A stretch of 64,000 bases of DNA from Octopus bimaculoides. Taxonomy: Eukaryota. The notes under the pieces are model-generated. The model was not told where the DNA came from and ran no database searches. It saw only the letters and a list, made by a program, of their open reading frames with translations. This document shows positions 63,856 to 64,000 of this stretch, piece after piece. The position numbers were made by a program, and so were the translations under genes. The stretch lies in contig NC_069006.1 of assembly GCF_001194135.2 (NCBI RefSeq), forward strand, positions 6,078,998-6,142,997. The letters run 5' to 3'. How positions within the stretch are numbered: position 1 is the stretch's first letter; every line of letters begins with the position of its first letter.

Positions 63856-64000
63856 TGACCCCCATTCCAGTAGGGTCACTAGTGCTCCTAGTGACCCTAC
63901 TGGAATGACAGACACTCTCCTCATAGTCACCATTCTTACAATTTTGTCATAATAATAATAATCCTTTCTACTATAGGTACAAAGGCCTAAAATTTTGTGG

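Overview
This is AT-rich, microsatellite- and SINE-dense animal genomic DNA from a gapped assembly; the N-gaps are nearly all flanked by simple repeats. The repeat landscape and protein sequence suggest a mollusc, probably a coleoid cephalopod (Octopus-like); this is inference, not a database result. One host gene is supported: a minus-strand CAMTA (calmodulin-binding transcription activator). I traced 13 consecutive GT-AG exons from 35780 down to 7600. All splice phases are compatible and they give 3902 nt (1300 codons + 2 nt) covering the post-CG-1 region, TIG/IPT domain, ankyrin repeats and five IQ-like motifs. The CG-1 core exons were not found, and the terminal exon is ambiguous. The rest is intron or intergenic DNA containing at least four SINE families, Dong/R4-like, RTE-like, CR1/L2-like and Penelope retroelement fragments, hAT and Tc2/pogo-like DNA-transposon derivatives, a palindromic MITE and a CpG-decayed 5S rRNA pseudogene. 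The main leads are: (i) a SINE that appears to target (TTA)n and forms head-to-tail arrays, sharing TAA/TTA microsatellites with Dong-like LINEs in opposite polarity; (ii) a ~98% identical partial duplicate of the CAMTA TIG exon with a mutated donor; (iii) several fold-back or 'two-tailed' retroelement structures; (iv) a strong strand bias of one SINE family inside the gene. Repeat coordinates are approximate (about +/-10-20 nt) unless TSD or TIR boundaries are given. SINE family labels A-D are mine.
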